Shown in pieces: positions 52,092-63,400 of a DNA stretch of 64,000 bases (within the stretch, counting starts at the first letter, position 1; each line of letters begins with the position of its first letter). Below the pieces are notes generated by a model. The model saw nothing but the letters and a program-made list of their open reading frames with translations, was not told the origin of the DNA and did no database searches. The stretch comes from Diplonema japonicum. Its lineage: Eukaryota; Protista; Euglenozoa: Diplonemea. The translations under genes were made by a program, and so were the position numbers. The DNA lies in assembly GCA_964019335.1 (NCBI GenBank), contig OZ025649.1:124001-188000 (forward strand). Direction: 5' to 3'.

Positions 52092-53108
52092 CACCCACGA
52101 GCAGAGGGGCACACGGTGGCTTCCCAACCACACAAAGAAAGATGGAGAACATGCGAAGAATATCACGCACCGAGCAGCACTGCGCTGTCGGTGGTGCAAG
52201 TGCCTCGGGCCGCGGTGGCGTACAAGAATGCAGGTGTTGAGGTGAAGTACCAGTTGGTGTGCACAAGCAGCACACACTCATGGACGGTGGAGAAAAGCTA
52301 CAGCGAATGCAAAGAACTGCACAGGAAATGTTTGGAAACACTGTACCCGTGGATGAGGAAGGGCTCGCTCTTTAAGGCAGTGGGGAAGATGACAGTGGCG
52401 GACAAGGCACCTGTGTTCCCAAGAGTGTCGGCACCGATGGTGCATACAAACAGGTCAAAGAGAAGAGTGGAACAGCGGAGGGTGAAGATCGAAAAATATT
52501 TTAGAGACTTGGTAATGGGCGGGCAGAGTGTCTACGAGACACACTTTAAAGCAAGGGAACTTGTGAACCAATTTGTGGAACCGAGTGCAGCGGCTGTGAA
52601 GGAGAAGAAGAACTGTGAGCTACCCAAATCGCAACGCGCGTATAAGACTATCTGGATGAAAAGGGCTCCAACACTACCGTCAGAGGTGAACCTTGTCTTC
52701 GCTCTGCCCACGGCAACGGTGGGCACAGGGGTTGGGGGGGGAAGCTACATCTACGAGCTGACATCGTCTTGGGGGGACAATCGGTCAAATCTTCGTGGAA
52801 AATATCTACAGCTTCGCGAATTCCACGCCTGGTGGCTCAAACATGGCGATGTAATCCCATCCCGTGCTGAGGCCGCAGGCTACCTCGCACAAGGAAGCAA
52901 GACACCTTTACCTGTTCTCCCTAAACCTCCACCTCGAACTTCTGCTACATGGCTTACGCCTAAGCACTCTATTAAACAGCCTGATGGCACCCTGTCGCAT
53001 CTCCCTGGATGTAAGTGCACGTCTTACCTCACCTGCATACTCCCTGAGTCTGTTAATCTGTACGAAACTCATACCGAGTATTGTATGCAGATTACTCCGC
53101 CGCCTTGA
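52092..53108 (+). CDS. PX-domain protein (possibly tandem PX); start unresolved
   Basis: WTVEKSYSECKELHRK...PVFP...VEQRRVKIEKYFRDL, plus a second degenerate unit YIYEL...KYLQLREFH...LPVLPKPP. Confidence 0.6.
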   Translation, partial: HPRAEGHTVASQPHKERWRTCEEYHAPSSTALSVVQVPRAAVAYKNAGVEVKYQLVCTSSTHSWTVEKSYSECKELHRKCLETLYPWMRKGSLFKAVGKMTVADKAPVFPRVSAPMVHTNRSKRRVEQRRVKIEKYFRDLVMGGQSVYETHFKARELVNQFVEPSAAAVKEKKNCELPKSQRAYKTIWMKRAPTLPSEVNLVFALPTATVGTGVGGGSYIYELTSSWGDNRSNLRGKYLQLREFHAWWLKHGDVIPSRAEAAGYLAQGSKTPLPVLPKPPPRTSATWLTPKHSIKQPDGTLSHLPGCKCTSYLTCILPESVNLYETHTEYCMQITPPP

Positions 53109-53109
53109 A

Positions 53110-53253
53110 GCATATATAAATATATGTTTTCTTTTTTTTTTTTCTTTGGTTTTGGTTTTGTTTTTTTTTGATTTTGTTGATACAATTTTTTCTTTTTTTT
53201 TTTTTATGTGGCATGGTTTTTCCCTCGTTCAGAAAAGAAAAAAAAAATTCATT

Positions 53254-53289
<36 letters not shown>

Positions 53290-54700
53290 GCGTCTCTCTC
53301 CATTTTTCTTCATTTCTTCTTTCTTGTCCCCCCCTTTCTTTCGTTCTTTCCCCCCTTTGCATTCTCCATGTGACCCCCATTGTGGGGTCGCTTCTTTTTT
53401 TTTTGTTTTTTGCTTCTTTTTCTTGATGTGGAAATATAAAGAACGAAGCAAAAAAAAAAAAAAAAAAAAAAAAAAGAGGGGAAAGAAGGTGAGGATGGGA
53501 AAAGGGATTTTCGTTGTTTTAATAAAAGAGGGTTGAGAAGAAAGGAGGGGGAAAAAAAAAAAAAATTGTAGGCGTGAAATAAGAAGAAAGAAAAAAAAGG
53601 AAAACACGAAGTTGCTGAACCACGTTCATTATTATATTATTATTTTTCTCTTCCTTTTTGAATTTATTGAAAAAAAAAAAAAGAAATCTTTGAACAGTGA
53701 GTATTTTCCCCTCTCATGCGCACTGAAATATTGTCGAATTCTCTTCCCCCCCCCCCCAACGAAAACGCACAAATCTGATAATAGTTCTTTTTTCTTTTTT
53801 TTCTTTTTTGGTGACCCCCCCCCCCCACCATCTTACGTTATCTTACATTTCTCCAATGTGTTCAAAGGACCTCTCCTTCCTTTCAAGTAAAGAGTCATAA
53901 AGAGACATGCTGGCACCATTCAGAGATTCTTTCCCCCCCCTTTTTTTTTTGCATGAACAAGAAAAAAACAATATATGAGTAGTGGTTAACCCCGGCTGTG
54001 CACACGCAACAATGCATTGCAGCTTGTCCAATAATTCAATTTATGTTATGAGGTCAAAAAAAAAAAAAGAATTTTCTGACACGCCACGTTTTGGCTGCGG
54101 TGACCATTCTGACAATGGGCCTTTTTTTTTTTTTTTTTTTTTTTTTTACAACGCCCTGGTGTCGGTGATGGTGAAGTGTGTAACAACTGAAGTGCCTGGC
54201 TGCCGTTCGCTGTCATATGCGAACGACGCGAACCTCCTTGCGAGAGGAAGCGAATGTGCCACACACGGTGAGGCAGGTGATCAGGCCTGCAATCGCGAAG
54301 GAATTGATAAGGAGGAGGACATCTTTTGCTGGTATGGAGACCAGCCACCGCAGGCACCAGACAGAACGGTGACTTTTTTCTTTTGATGGGGAAGGGAAGG
54401 AATCATAAGGAACACTTCAGAGACATTTAAAGGCAAAGGTGCTTCGTGATAGCCTTTTAGTCCATTTTTTTTTTTTTTAAACCCTTCTCTTTCTTTCTCT
54501 TCGTGAATATGTTATTCTTCTTTCTTCTCTTTCATAGTACGAGTGATTCTCCCCTATCCGGGAAGGGGGGTGGAAAAAAAAAGAGGACAACAAAGTGGAG
54601 TTTCTTGCTGGGCCGTAGCTAAAACTTCTCCCCATCATTGTGAATTATGTTTCTTCATAATCCTCTTTTTCTTTTTTTTTTTTTTTTTTTTTTGATCCTG
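53110..54700. repeat. Low-complexity poly(A)/poly(T) intergenic block (similar blocks at 720-1380, 4400-5400, 24680-25300, 26390-26530)
   Basis: Long homopolymer runs, partly polypyrimidine tracts; lengths may be distorted by long-read errors. Confidence 0.7.
54147..54340 (+). pseudogene. Decayed reverse-transcriptase fragment related to the LINE at 26.6-32.9 kb
   Basis: YNALVSVMVKCV...CRSLSYANDANLL versus element INALLAVLMKQV...VRSLSYADDAYLL. 23/27 nt identical over 54204-54230 versus 30881-30907. Confidence 0.75.
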
Positions 54701-55451
54701 AAGGACAAGGTTAGAAAAACACCACAATTCTTTTTTTTATCTGAATTCATCGTCAATACCGTTTACACCTTAGTTCTGACATATGTTTGGATTATACTCG
54801 CTATCTGTTACATGGCAAACCACTGCGCAACAAATGGGACTTAAATAAAAAACCCCAAAAAGATCAAGTTTCCAAGGCTGTGACTCCCTATCCGTACAAT
54901 TTTGAGTTTTGAAATCAGATATTAGTCCTTTGTTATTGCTACTCTCTGGTTCATGTTGTTACTTCTTCTTTCCCCTCCCCCCCCCTTTTTTTTTGTCAGC
55001 AATGCTCCGGGGTCGAATGCACTATTTTGGTGCTTATAAAAAGTACTGTATTAAGAACTCGCCCAGTCTTCTAATAGATAACCCAGTTTCTTCCATTTCG
55101 GGAGTCCGCAGAGCTGCCTGTTCCTGTCACTTGGGTCTCCAAGCAGCACAAGGAAGGGTCCCAGTGCCGCGTGATGGGTCCTTCTAGCCATAGGCAGTGT
55201 GAGTGTCATATCAGGCCGAGAGTTGAGTAAAACACAAAGAACTGTATTAAGAACTTTCACTACCTTGGTGTTGAGGTTCCCTTTGTTTCGATGGATGCTT
55301 GTTCCTGTCCTGTTCATGGCACGTGGTGAGCTCTCGTGATGAAGGCCCTACCGCAGTGGTCGGAGAAAGTGTCATATCAGTTCAAGAAAAGGGACGGGTG
55401 CCAATACACATTAACAACACATTTACACACCACACACAGGGGGTTGCAGTA

Positions 55452-56660
55452 ATGGACCCAACACACATCCCGAAGGTGAATGTGGAAGCCTTGCGGCAGA
55501 TAACAGAGCGGACCCTTGCGGGGGTGGAAGTTGTGGCGGAAGTGGAGGTGGAGACAATAATCGAAGAAGAGGAAGAAGAGGTGAAGGAGAGCTGCACGCC
55601 GCCGCAGTCGAATGCGTCTTGCTGCGTGCCGCGGGAGGGCTTCGAGCAAGAGGTGCTGATTGCAGAGCTGACTGTCGAACGCAACGCACTGCTGAGCAGG
55701 CTGCGAGCAGAAGATGTGACCACAGACGCTGCCGAGATACAAAGGCTCATGGACCTGCAGGTGTTCCAGCATATCTTGCACAACGTGATGGTGTGCACCA
55801 CCAACGATGACGTCGGAGCGCTGCTGGAGCCTGGGCACCCTGGCATGGAGGAGCTTACTAAGTACCTGGGCGAGCTTGCCAGGGCAAACTTTGACACCCA
55901 CCAGCAGATATCCATGCACTACAAGAAGGTGCAAGAAGAGTTCGCAAAGCAAATCGACCAGGCAGTCCAGGAGCTGGGGTCAGGAACACCCATCCCATCC
56001 CCTCGCGAAGGCCGTGCGTCGTTCAGACTAGACTTCCCATCGCCAAGGGACCTGGCGGTGTTTAGGTCGCCGTCGGTAATACAGACTCCAAGGGACGCCA
56101 CCCCAGTGGCAACGCCCCGTACCAAGGAACTGGACAAGGATGAGTTCGATCCTATGGAGCAGATGAGCCGTGCCTATGACATGCAAGGGAAGCTGCTGAT
56201 GCGGGAACTGCAGCAGCACATAGCAACCCAAGTAGGGATGCGGAGGGTCGTTAATGAGAACAAGCAACTGTGCGACAGGGTGCAGGCATTGGAAAGGGAG
56301 ATCATGGACCGTGACGAGAAGCTGCTGGAGAATAGAGCGAAACTGGATGAGGCGAGCAATACAATCGCAGATTTGAAAATTGAAGTTGAGGCCGGTCAGG
56401 CATTGGCAACGCTCAAGAATGAGCACCTCGAAGCGAAGAGACAGTGGAAACGGCGCGAAAGCCTCCTCCTGGAAGAGATCCACTCCATGCAAGCGTCTCT
56501 TGAGTCGGACATCACTGCACTCCTCTCGCATAGCTCTCTCTCTCTCTCACCGCCTCCTAAGGGTGGCTCTATATGGGCGCCCCAGCAGACGTATCGAAAG
56601 CCTTCGTTGGCATCCGGTCTCGAAAACCTCCGCAGCTCCCTCCAGAAGAGGACCTTCTGA
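55452..56660 (+). CDS. Coiled-coil hypothetical protein (may extend 5' via an intron ending at 55439)
   Basis: Long ORF with heptad-rich C-terminal half and SPR/TPR repeats. Confidence 0.65.
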   Translation: MDPTHIPKVNVEALRQITERTLAGVEVVAEVEVETIIEEEEEEVKESCTPPQSNASCCVPREGFEQEVLIAELTVERNALLSRLRAEDVTTDAAEIQRLMDLQVFQHILHNVMVCTTNDDVGALLEPGHPGMEELTKYLGELARANFDTHQQISMHYKKVQEEFAKQIDQAVQELGSGTPIPSPREGRASFRLDFPSPRDLAVFRSPSVIQTPRDATPVATPRTKELDKDEFDPMEQMSRAYDMQGKLLMRELQQHIATQVGMRRVVNENKQLCDRVQALEREIMDRDEKLLENRAKLDEASNTIADLKIEVEAGQALATLKNEHLEAKRQWKRRESLLLEEIHSMQASLESDITALLSHSSLSLSPPPKGGSIWAPQQTYRKPSLASGLENLRSSLQKRTF

Positions 56661-56798
56661 ACTGCTGCTGTTACATACGCACCGCTTCCACCACTTTACA
56701 TTAGTGTCTTGTTTTAGCCGGCATGCCATATCCACATGCATACGCACACACAACAAAAAGGTTACTTTACCGTATTCTCAACAAAACACAAGACCAAA

Positions 56799-57560
56799 AT
56801 GACCTCCCCTCTTGCTTTGTTGGTGTTGTCTGTGATGATGGCTGTGGTGGCTGCGGTTGGAGCGGCGGAACCGATGCAGTGCGGGGGGATCGCGGGACTT
56901 GGCTGCCCTCTGGGTTAGAGTGCATCCCAGACCCTCGGAACACGGGGTGTGTGAAGGAGTGCGGGGGAGCGGACTGCGGGGGGATCTGTGCAAAGAGGAA
57001 GGAGGGCGATTGTGGGGGGATCGCTGGGCTGAAGTGCACGGGAGAGGAGGGGGTGATGTGTGTGGACACCGTGGTGGACGGGTGCAACGCGGAGTGCAAC
57101 GGGAGGGACTGTCTGGGGAAGTGCTTCGCGGTGAAGGTGGAGAAGGAGTGCGGAGGGTTTGCGGGGTTGCAGTGCGGGACGGGGGAGACCTGCATGTACA
57201 GGAAGGAGTGCAGCCCGGACTGCGGGGGCACGACTGCCTCGGGGTCTGCGCGACGACTACCGGGCAGGCCTGCGGCGGGACCACCCCACCACCTGCGGGG
57301 CGGAGTGCTTCGACGTCGCGCACGATGGCTGCCACCAGCAGTGCAACGGGAGGGACTGCCTCGCCCTCTGCGGGAGGATCATCTTCGCAACCACCGCAGA
57401 GCTTCCGATGAGAAGAGAGGCCCATCGGGCCAGCGTATCTCAACAGCAATATGGGGTAGTACGAGAGGAACTCCCATTTCTAGTCCCTGGTATCTACGGT
57501 TGTCCGATCGGACAGTGCCGTGATGCTACCACTGGATGGATTATGGCTGAACGCCTCTAA
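56799..57560 (+). pseudogene. Secreted Cys-rich repeat protein (4 x CGGxAGLxC...DCxGxC) with about 3 frameshifts (pseudogene or assembly errors)
   Basis: Signal peptide MTSPLALLVLSVMMAVVAAVGA. Repeats continue across frames with 1-nt shifts at C/G runs near 56907, 57225 and 57285. Confidence 0.6.
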
Positions 57561-57619
57561 GCCAGAACCCAGTCTAGAGAGATGCGTGACTAGTCAGGAT
57601 ACAACGGATTTATCGGGCC

Positions 57620-58411
57620 ACGAAAAAATTCCCGGACGGAAAAACTCCCGGACACCAAAAAAACCCGAACATTTTTCCGTCCGGAAGTTTTTCTGAGAAG
57701 AAGCTTTTTTACTTAAGGGGTAGCAGCTCCCACCACGTTTGCCTGGAAGGGCTTTATTCCTTGTGCAGACTTGTGCAGAGCCAAATGTTTACCCTGCGTG
57801 GCAGTTTGAATTTTTCTTCCCCCTTTCAATGCACCAACAAACAGCACCCACGGGATCTTTAACTTCTCATAAACCCGTACTTCTTTCGTCAAATTGACCA
57901 GCTCGACTACTCAAGGCACGTTGAGCAGCTGGCTTGTGAGGGTATCTGGGTTACGGAGCTGTTTCTTCCTTTTTGCTATAAATCATCGATTCCCATGGTT
58001 TTGCCGAACGGGCCAATTCTGCTGCTTGTCGACTACAACTCTCATACGGCCTATGCCTATGGGTTCGTAGAGTTGTTCGCAGGCGCAAACGTGCACATTG
58101 CTTTTGTCCCCCTGGGCTCACCTACATGGTTCAACCGATGGATATTGGGTTGAACGCAGCTGTAAAGCATCTATTAAGGTTATAAATAGTGGGCCACACG
58201 AAGGCTCGACGCTGATTGCCTCAGGGGCAGCAAGGGAGGACAAAGATGCAGAAAGGGAACCCTGGGGTTTCTTCGCGCGGTTGCCGTTTGCAGCCCAGGC
58301 CAGTATGTAGGTGGTAGTGGACCAGGCCCCCTGACGGCCTTACCTAAAAAAAATTCCCGGACGCCAAAAAGACTCGGACATTTTTCCGTCCGGGAGTTTT
58401 TCGTTTTACAG
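57620..58411 (+). mobile_element. Non-autonomous pogo/Tigger-like (Tc1/mariner, DDE_1) DNA transposon remnant with TIRs
   Basis: TIRs 57620-57644 (ACGAAAAAATTCCCGGACGGAAAAA) and 58381-58404 (TTTTTCCGTCCGGGAGTTTTTCGT). Right end ...TACAG|TA. Internal frameshifted PILLLVDYNSH...NVHIAFVP/PGLTYMVQPMDIGLNAAVK at about 58013-58179. Confidence 0.8.
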
Positions 58412-59266
58412 TATCGGATTTTTAAAGCAAAGTGAACTTTATTTATTCAAAAATCAATAGTTATGATTTTTTTATTTCAAATCTTCAAATTTTCTTTTTA
58501 TTCCCCACCACCCCAGCAGCAGCAAGGGAATGGGTTTGCAAAAAGAAGGGGGGAAAGGATGAGGGATTCCCGGATCAGGGACCCCCAGTCTCTCCTATAT
58601 AGTTCCCTCTTTTTCTTTTGGGCGTCGTTGCTAACACTCGCCTTAAAAAAAAGAAGAAAAAAAGGGAGGGATAAATAACGATTTTTTTTTCCACTACTGC
58701 TGATTGAAATAATTGTGTTTTCTTCTTCTTCTTTTCTTATTATTTTCCCTCTCTCGATTTGTGGTTTGTTTCCTGCCAGAGTTGCCTCTTCTCCCAAAAC
58801 ACCGCTTCATGTGGCTCTTTCGAGGGTACTGATCCATGAAGAGTGTGTGGGTGGCTCCTCCGTTGCAATTACTTCAAACTACCCATTTTTCTTTTTTAGG
58901 TGGTGGGGATAACATGGAAATATAAGAAGTACATCAGATGTGTTGTTCGCTGTTGACCTCCTCGTCGGTCATCACCGGTAGCGCCCGAGTGGAAGAACGT
59001 AACGCAGATGCTCAGGGTGACGAACAGGCAGCAAACTGCACGAGGGCAGAATCTTGGTTACCCGGGACGCCCCGGCTAGGGTTGAGCACACCGCACGCAT
59101 TAAGGACACGACGCGGAACGCAGAAGAAGCTACTGCTCGGCCGAGGAGCGCCCCCTGTAATCAAGTAGGTAGTTCGTGCTTCATTGCACGCTTAACGCCA
59201 CCTAGTGTTGCAATCAAAGCCCCATTTTTTAACATTTCTTCGTCGATAATTTCGAGAAGAATAACA

Positions 59267-59300
<34 letters not shown>

Positions 59301-59407
59301 CGTTTTCTAAGAACTGAAGCTATCGCTTCTCCCTCCTTCTTTTTTTCCTTCATTATATTATATTATTGCATTCTTTTTTAACAACACACACAGGTATCTC
59401 CAGGCAC

Positions 59408-60385
59408 ATGCAGTTCAACTTCAACCCAGCTGCTGGCTTCAAGCTGGACGACAACATTGTCCAGAGGAGCAAGCCGGTCATGGACATTGTGACCGAAGCC
59501 GCGGCGGCCGTTCCTCTTCCTGAGGACGACGATTTCGGGGATGAAGAAGAGCAGCAACAACCGTCGCAGGCAGCCCATCACAACGAGATGTGGGTGTGCT
59601 CGAGGTGTCACTCTCTTGCCAGCGTCTCAGTGATGAAGTGCGGTACGTGCGGAGCACCGCAGGCACAAGCAGCGAACACCGGCTCTGGGCTTGACGGTGC
59701 GTATGCCGGCCTTCCCACAGAACTTGCAGATCGGGCACCGAGGGGAGCGAAGGGAGGCCCTCCTCTTGTAGAAATGCCGCAGGGAAGAGGCATAACAATA
59801 ACAGCGCCGCCTTCGATGGGCCGTGGTGTTGCACCCGCTGGCAGGGGGGCTAGTTGCGAAGTAGCACCTTCTGGAAGGGGGAGGGCAGCCCCTGTGCCGA
59901 AGGCAACGCCGGGGACAAACATAGAATGGGTGAACCCTTCTTTGGAAAAGAAGGCATCCCAACGCACCACACAGGAATTAGAATTAGCAGCATTGAAACA
60001 AAAGCTTGCCACCGCAGAGATTAAGAAAAAATGCGTGCCTGGATCAAAGCGTGTAAACCCCGAGGACAAAACACTCTATGAGTGCAATGATTTCTTAGCA
60101 TACTTCCCAGGTTCTACCGGGTACGAGAAATGGGTGGATCTCCCGACCCTGGGCCAGTGGGGTGTGTGGGGCTATCCATGCCCTACTAACGCCAACGAAG
60201 GGGAGTACATCGACCAGTCTCTTGCGGAGGCGGAGAAACAAGTGAAAATATTCACGGAGAAGAGAACTAAGTGGGAAGAGGAACTTAAATTAAAGGGGGC
60301 AAACGCTGACGAACTGTTGAAGGTTAGGGAACAGCTGAGGCTCCTTGAAAAGGAGAACGAGAGGCTTAAACAGAATGTAGCTTGA
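59408..60385 (+). CDS. RanBP2-type zinc finger protein with C-terminal coiled coil
   Basis: WVCSRCHSLASVSVMKCGTCGAP fits W-x-C-x2-C-x10-C-x2-C; an ACACACAG acceptor lies 15 nt upstream of the ATG. Confidence 0.7.
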   Translation: MQFNFNPAAGFKLDDNIVQRSKPVMDIVTEAAAAVPLPEDDDFGDEEEQQQPSQAAHHNEMWVCSRCHSLASVSVMKCGTCGAPQAQAANTGSGLDGAYAGLPTELADRAPRGAKGGPPLVEMPQGRGITITAPPSMGRGVAPAGRGASCEVAPSGRGRAAPVPKATPGTNIEWVNPSLEKKASQRTTQELELAALKQKLATAEIKKKCVPGSKRVNPEDKTLYECNDFLAYFPGSTGYEKWVDLPTLGQWGVWGYPCPTNANEGEYIDQSLAEAEKQVKIFTEKRTKWEEELKLKGANADELLKVREQLRLLEKENERLKQNVA

Positions 60386-60475
60386 TTAGTGTTTTCTATT
60401 TTATGTCCCCTTCATCTTCATATCCCCCCTTTTAAGTCTTGCTGCCTAGCACCCCCATGCAGGAAGAGGGTACAT

Positions 60476-63400
60476 ATGTCTACCTCGTTTCAAAATGCGT
60501 TTAGCAAGGGTGTGACAGCACTGGTCGAGAGTGCGAAGGACAGCAATGAGGAGGTGAGGTCGCACATCTCGTCGTCACTGTTGTCGATGGCGCAAAAGGA
60601 TTTCGGAGCCGTTTTGTCGGTGATTTCTAAGTTTTTAACGGAGCACAAGAGTGGCCAGACACCCACCCACCAAAGAATTACGCTCTTGAAGGCCATACGG
60701 AAGATTATACTGGAGTACGACGAGCAGGTTGGTGACAAGCTGATGAGTGACCTTGTCACCTGCTGCGTGGCTGACATGACCGCACAGATGGATATCAACT
60801 CTGTCTGGCAGCAGACCGCCTGCCAGGTGGTTGTCGATCTCATGTGCATCAACCCCAAAGTGTGCACACCGTACGTCATCCAGCAGGTGCCCGGTACCTC
60901 CCTCCCACACTACTTCATCATGATGGCCCTCAGCAACGCTGCCAACCAACGCCCGATCCGTTTCATCCCGCACATGAGAGACTGCATGGCCAAGGTTCTC
61001 CCCATCCTTGGTATGGCCAAGCAGGACAACGTCAGGTTCATGATGGCCAACGGCCTTGCCAGCTTTGCGGAAGCGGTCCATCAGCTAGACAGCCTCCCTG
61101 AGCTCAGCCCGCGTTCAAAAGACGCCGCGAAAAACAAAGTAGAGGACTTCAGCGAAGGCATGTACACAGCTCTCAGCTTGCTTGTCAACGACTGGTCGAG
61201 TGCTAAGGAGTTGAAGGTGCGCACTGCCACCGCCATGGCAATGGGGAAGCTCTCATATGTTGTTCAGAACGAGCGTCTTGAGGAGAGGATCCCGCAGCTT
61301 GTAAAGCTTCTTGTTGTTGCGGTAAAAAAAGAAAAGCCGAAGGACCTCTTGCAGTCTCTTAAGGGGATGACCTTCTTCATCGAGGCGGGAATGAACAAGC
61401 TGCCGTCAGTGATGCTCCCGCACCTGGAGAGCATCTGGGGTGCTGTCTTCCAGCAAATTGTGACGTTCAACGGCCAGAGCACAACGGAGCAGACGGAGTG
61501 CTTGAAGAATCACCAAGAGCTGATGCTCAGTGTGGAGGCCATGGCACAGGGTGCCTGCAACACAGTGCTCACCTTCATCCAGGGTGTGCTGGACGTGAAG
61601 TTCGGCAGCAAAGACGTGATCACAAGATGTGCTGCTCTAGGTGTCATCCGACACCTTGTACAGCGGCAGCACCTGGACCCCCACCTTGCGGGGCTTAAGA
61701 ACAACGTCATCGCCATCGTGCGCACGTGCATCGACGACACTGACCTCCGCATGAAGAAAACCATCATCCAGACGGTGATGGCAATGGGGGCCGCTGCTTC
61801 CAACAACTACCTTGCCTGCGAAGGTGCCGAGGTGCTTGTACAGTACCTTATTATCCACGCTGCTACCCCACCACATGTAGTTCATGAATACGGCATCAAG
61901 AACAAGAAGCTTGTCGACATGGGTCAGCCCACACCGCACGACCTGAAAGAACTTGCCGCGTCTGTGCTCAGCCTGTTTCACAGCACCCTTGGAAACCTCG
62001 ATGTGGTGCTGTGGCCATACATCCTTGAAGTCATCGGCATGATGCCAGGCAAGCCGGAGTTGTTCTACGCCTTCCCGCTCATCGCAAACATCATCTGTAG
62101 CGTGAGCAAGAGGTTGGGCAATTCGCATGATTTCTACTTCGACTTCGACAGAACGGTGAACGTGCCAAGGCCTGAGTCCCTCATTGCCTGCTTCGCGGTG
62201 ATGATGTCGCAACCACAGCACCTGGGTCTTGAGGTCACTGCCACCATCGTGAGGGCAATGGAGGCCGTCGCACCACTCCTGGACGAACCTATGAAGAAAG
62301 GAAGCGACGGCACACAGCCTATCGGGAGTCTTTGGTTGGGCATCCTTCCCGAGATCAGGGCGTACCTAGAGAGCGGCGAGTTCAAGCAGGACGATTACGA
62401 GGACGCCTGTCACAATCTTTTGAAGAAGACGTCCACAGCAAGAAAGGAAGAAGCTTGGGTACAGGCCCTGTGCACTTCGCTCGGGACCCAGCTTCCTCTC
62501 TACACACCAGCATCTGTCCCTGCAGACTTCGTGAAAGAGAGACACGATTTCAAAAGGGTTGCCCTCTCAATGTTCGGTCTTGTCCTTGCCAAAGCGAATC
62601 TCAAGACCTTCGTCACTGACAATGTCAATTTGATTGTCGAAGTCACTGACCACACGAACGAAGCACAGCGGGTGGGGTGCGCCAAGGCCCTTGGTTCCAT
62701 TTCCGCGTTGCACACCGACGTCGTCCTCGACAAGGTGAACAAGGTGGCGAAGCCTCCCAAGACAGGTGGCGGCGGGTTCTTCTCAAAGAAGGTGGAAACA
62801 GGACCCGACCGTGACTTCGGAGAGCTTTCAAGAGCAACCGCACTGCTAGCATACGGGCACATTTCAAAGAAGGCAAACCAGAGTCTGTTCACCAGTAGGC
62901 TCGAGACACACGTTGTGCCCACATACCTTGAGATGGTGGGCCTGGCCAAGAACCCTATTGTGAAACTTGCTGCGCTGTCTTGCCAGAATATGATGGGGAC
63001 TAGTCTTAGAAAATGCTTCGAGTTCAGCTTCACCTCAAAAACCAACGTAATGACTGCTGTCTACGGGCAGATGCTTGTCGAGCCCTCCATGTACGGGATG
63101 AACGACCTCACTGCCTACAACCTGCTGTCGGGCGGTTATGCTGCGCTTATCCCGCTTACATATCTGGACCCAGTTTGCGACGAGGACTCGCTGACGCAGC
63201 TCAAGCAATGCATTGCTGCAGGGATCAGCAAAGAGTGGGTGCTGAAGGAGAATGAAACCGTGAACGAACCTGGTCTGCAGAAGCAGCTCGGATTACTTGG
63301 GTGCGCAATACTAGAGAGCGCAAAGGACATTGTGCAGTCTCTTATTAAACAAGGCGATCACCTGTCGACGTTCCTGACAGACGCGAACCCCGTGAAGCGA

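Noticed and set aside
57620-57693. CRISPR-like short repeats
   Set aside because: No regular repeat-spacer array or cas genes; explained as transposon ends in a eukaryote.
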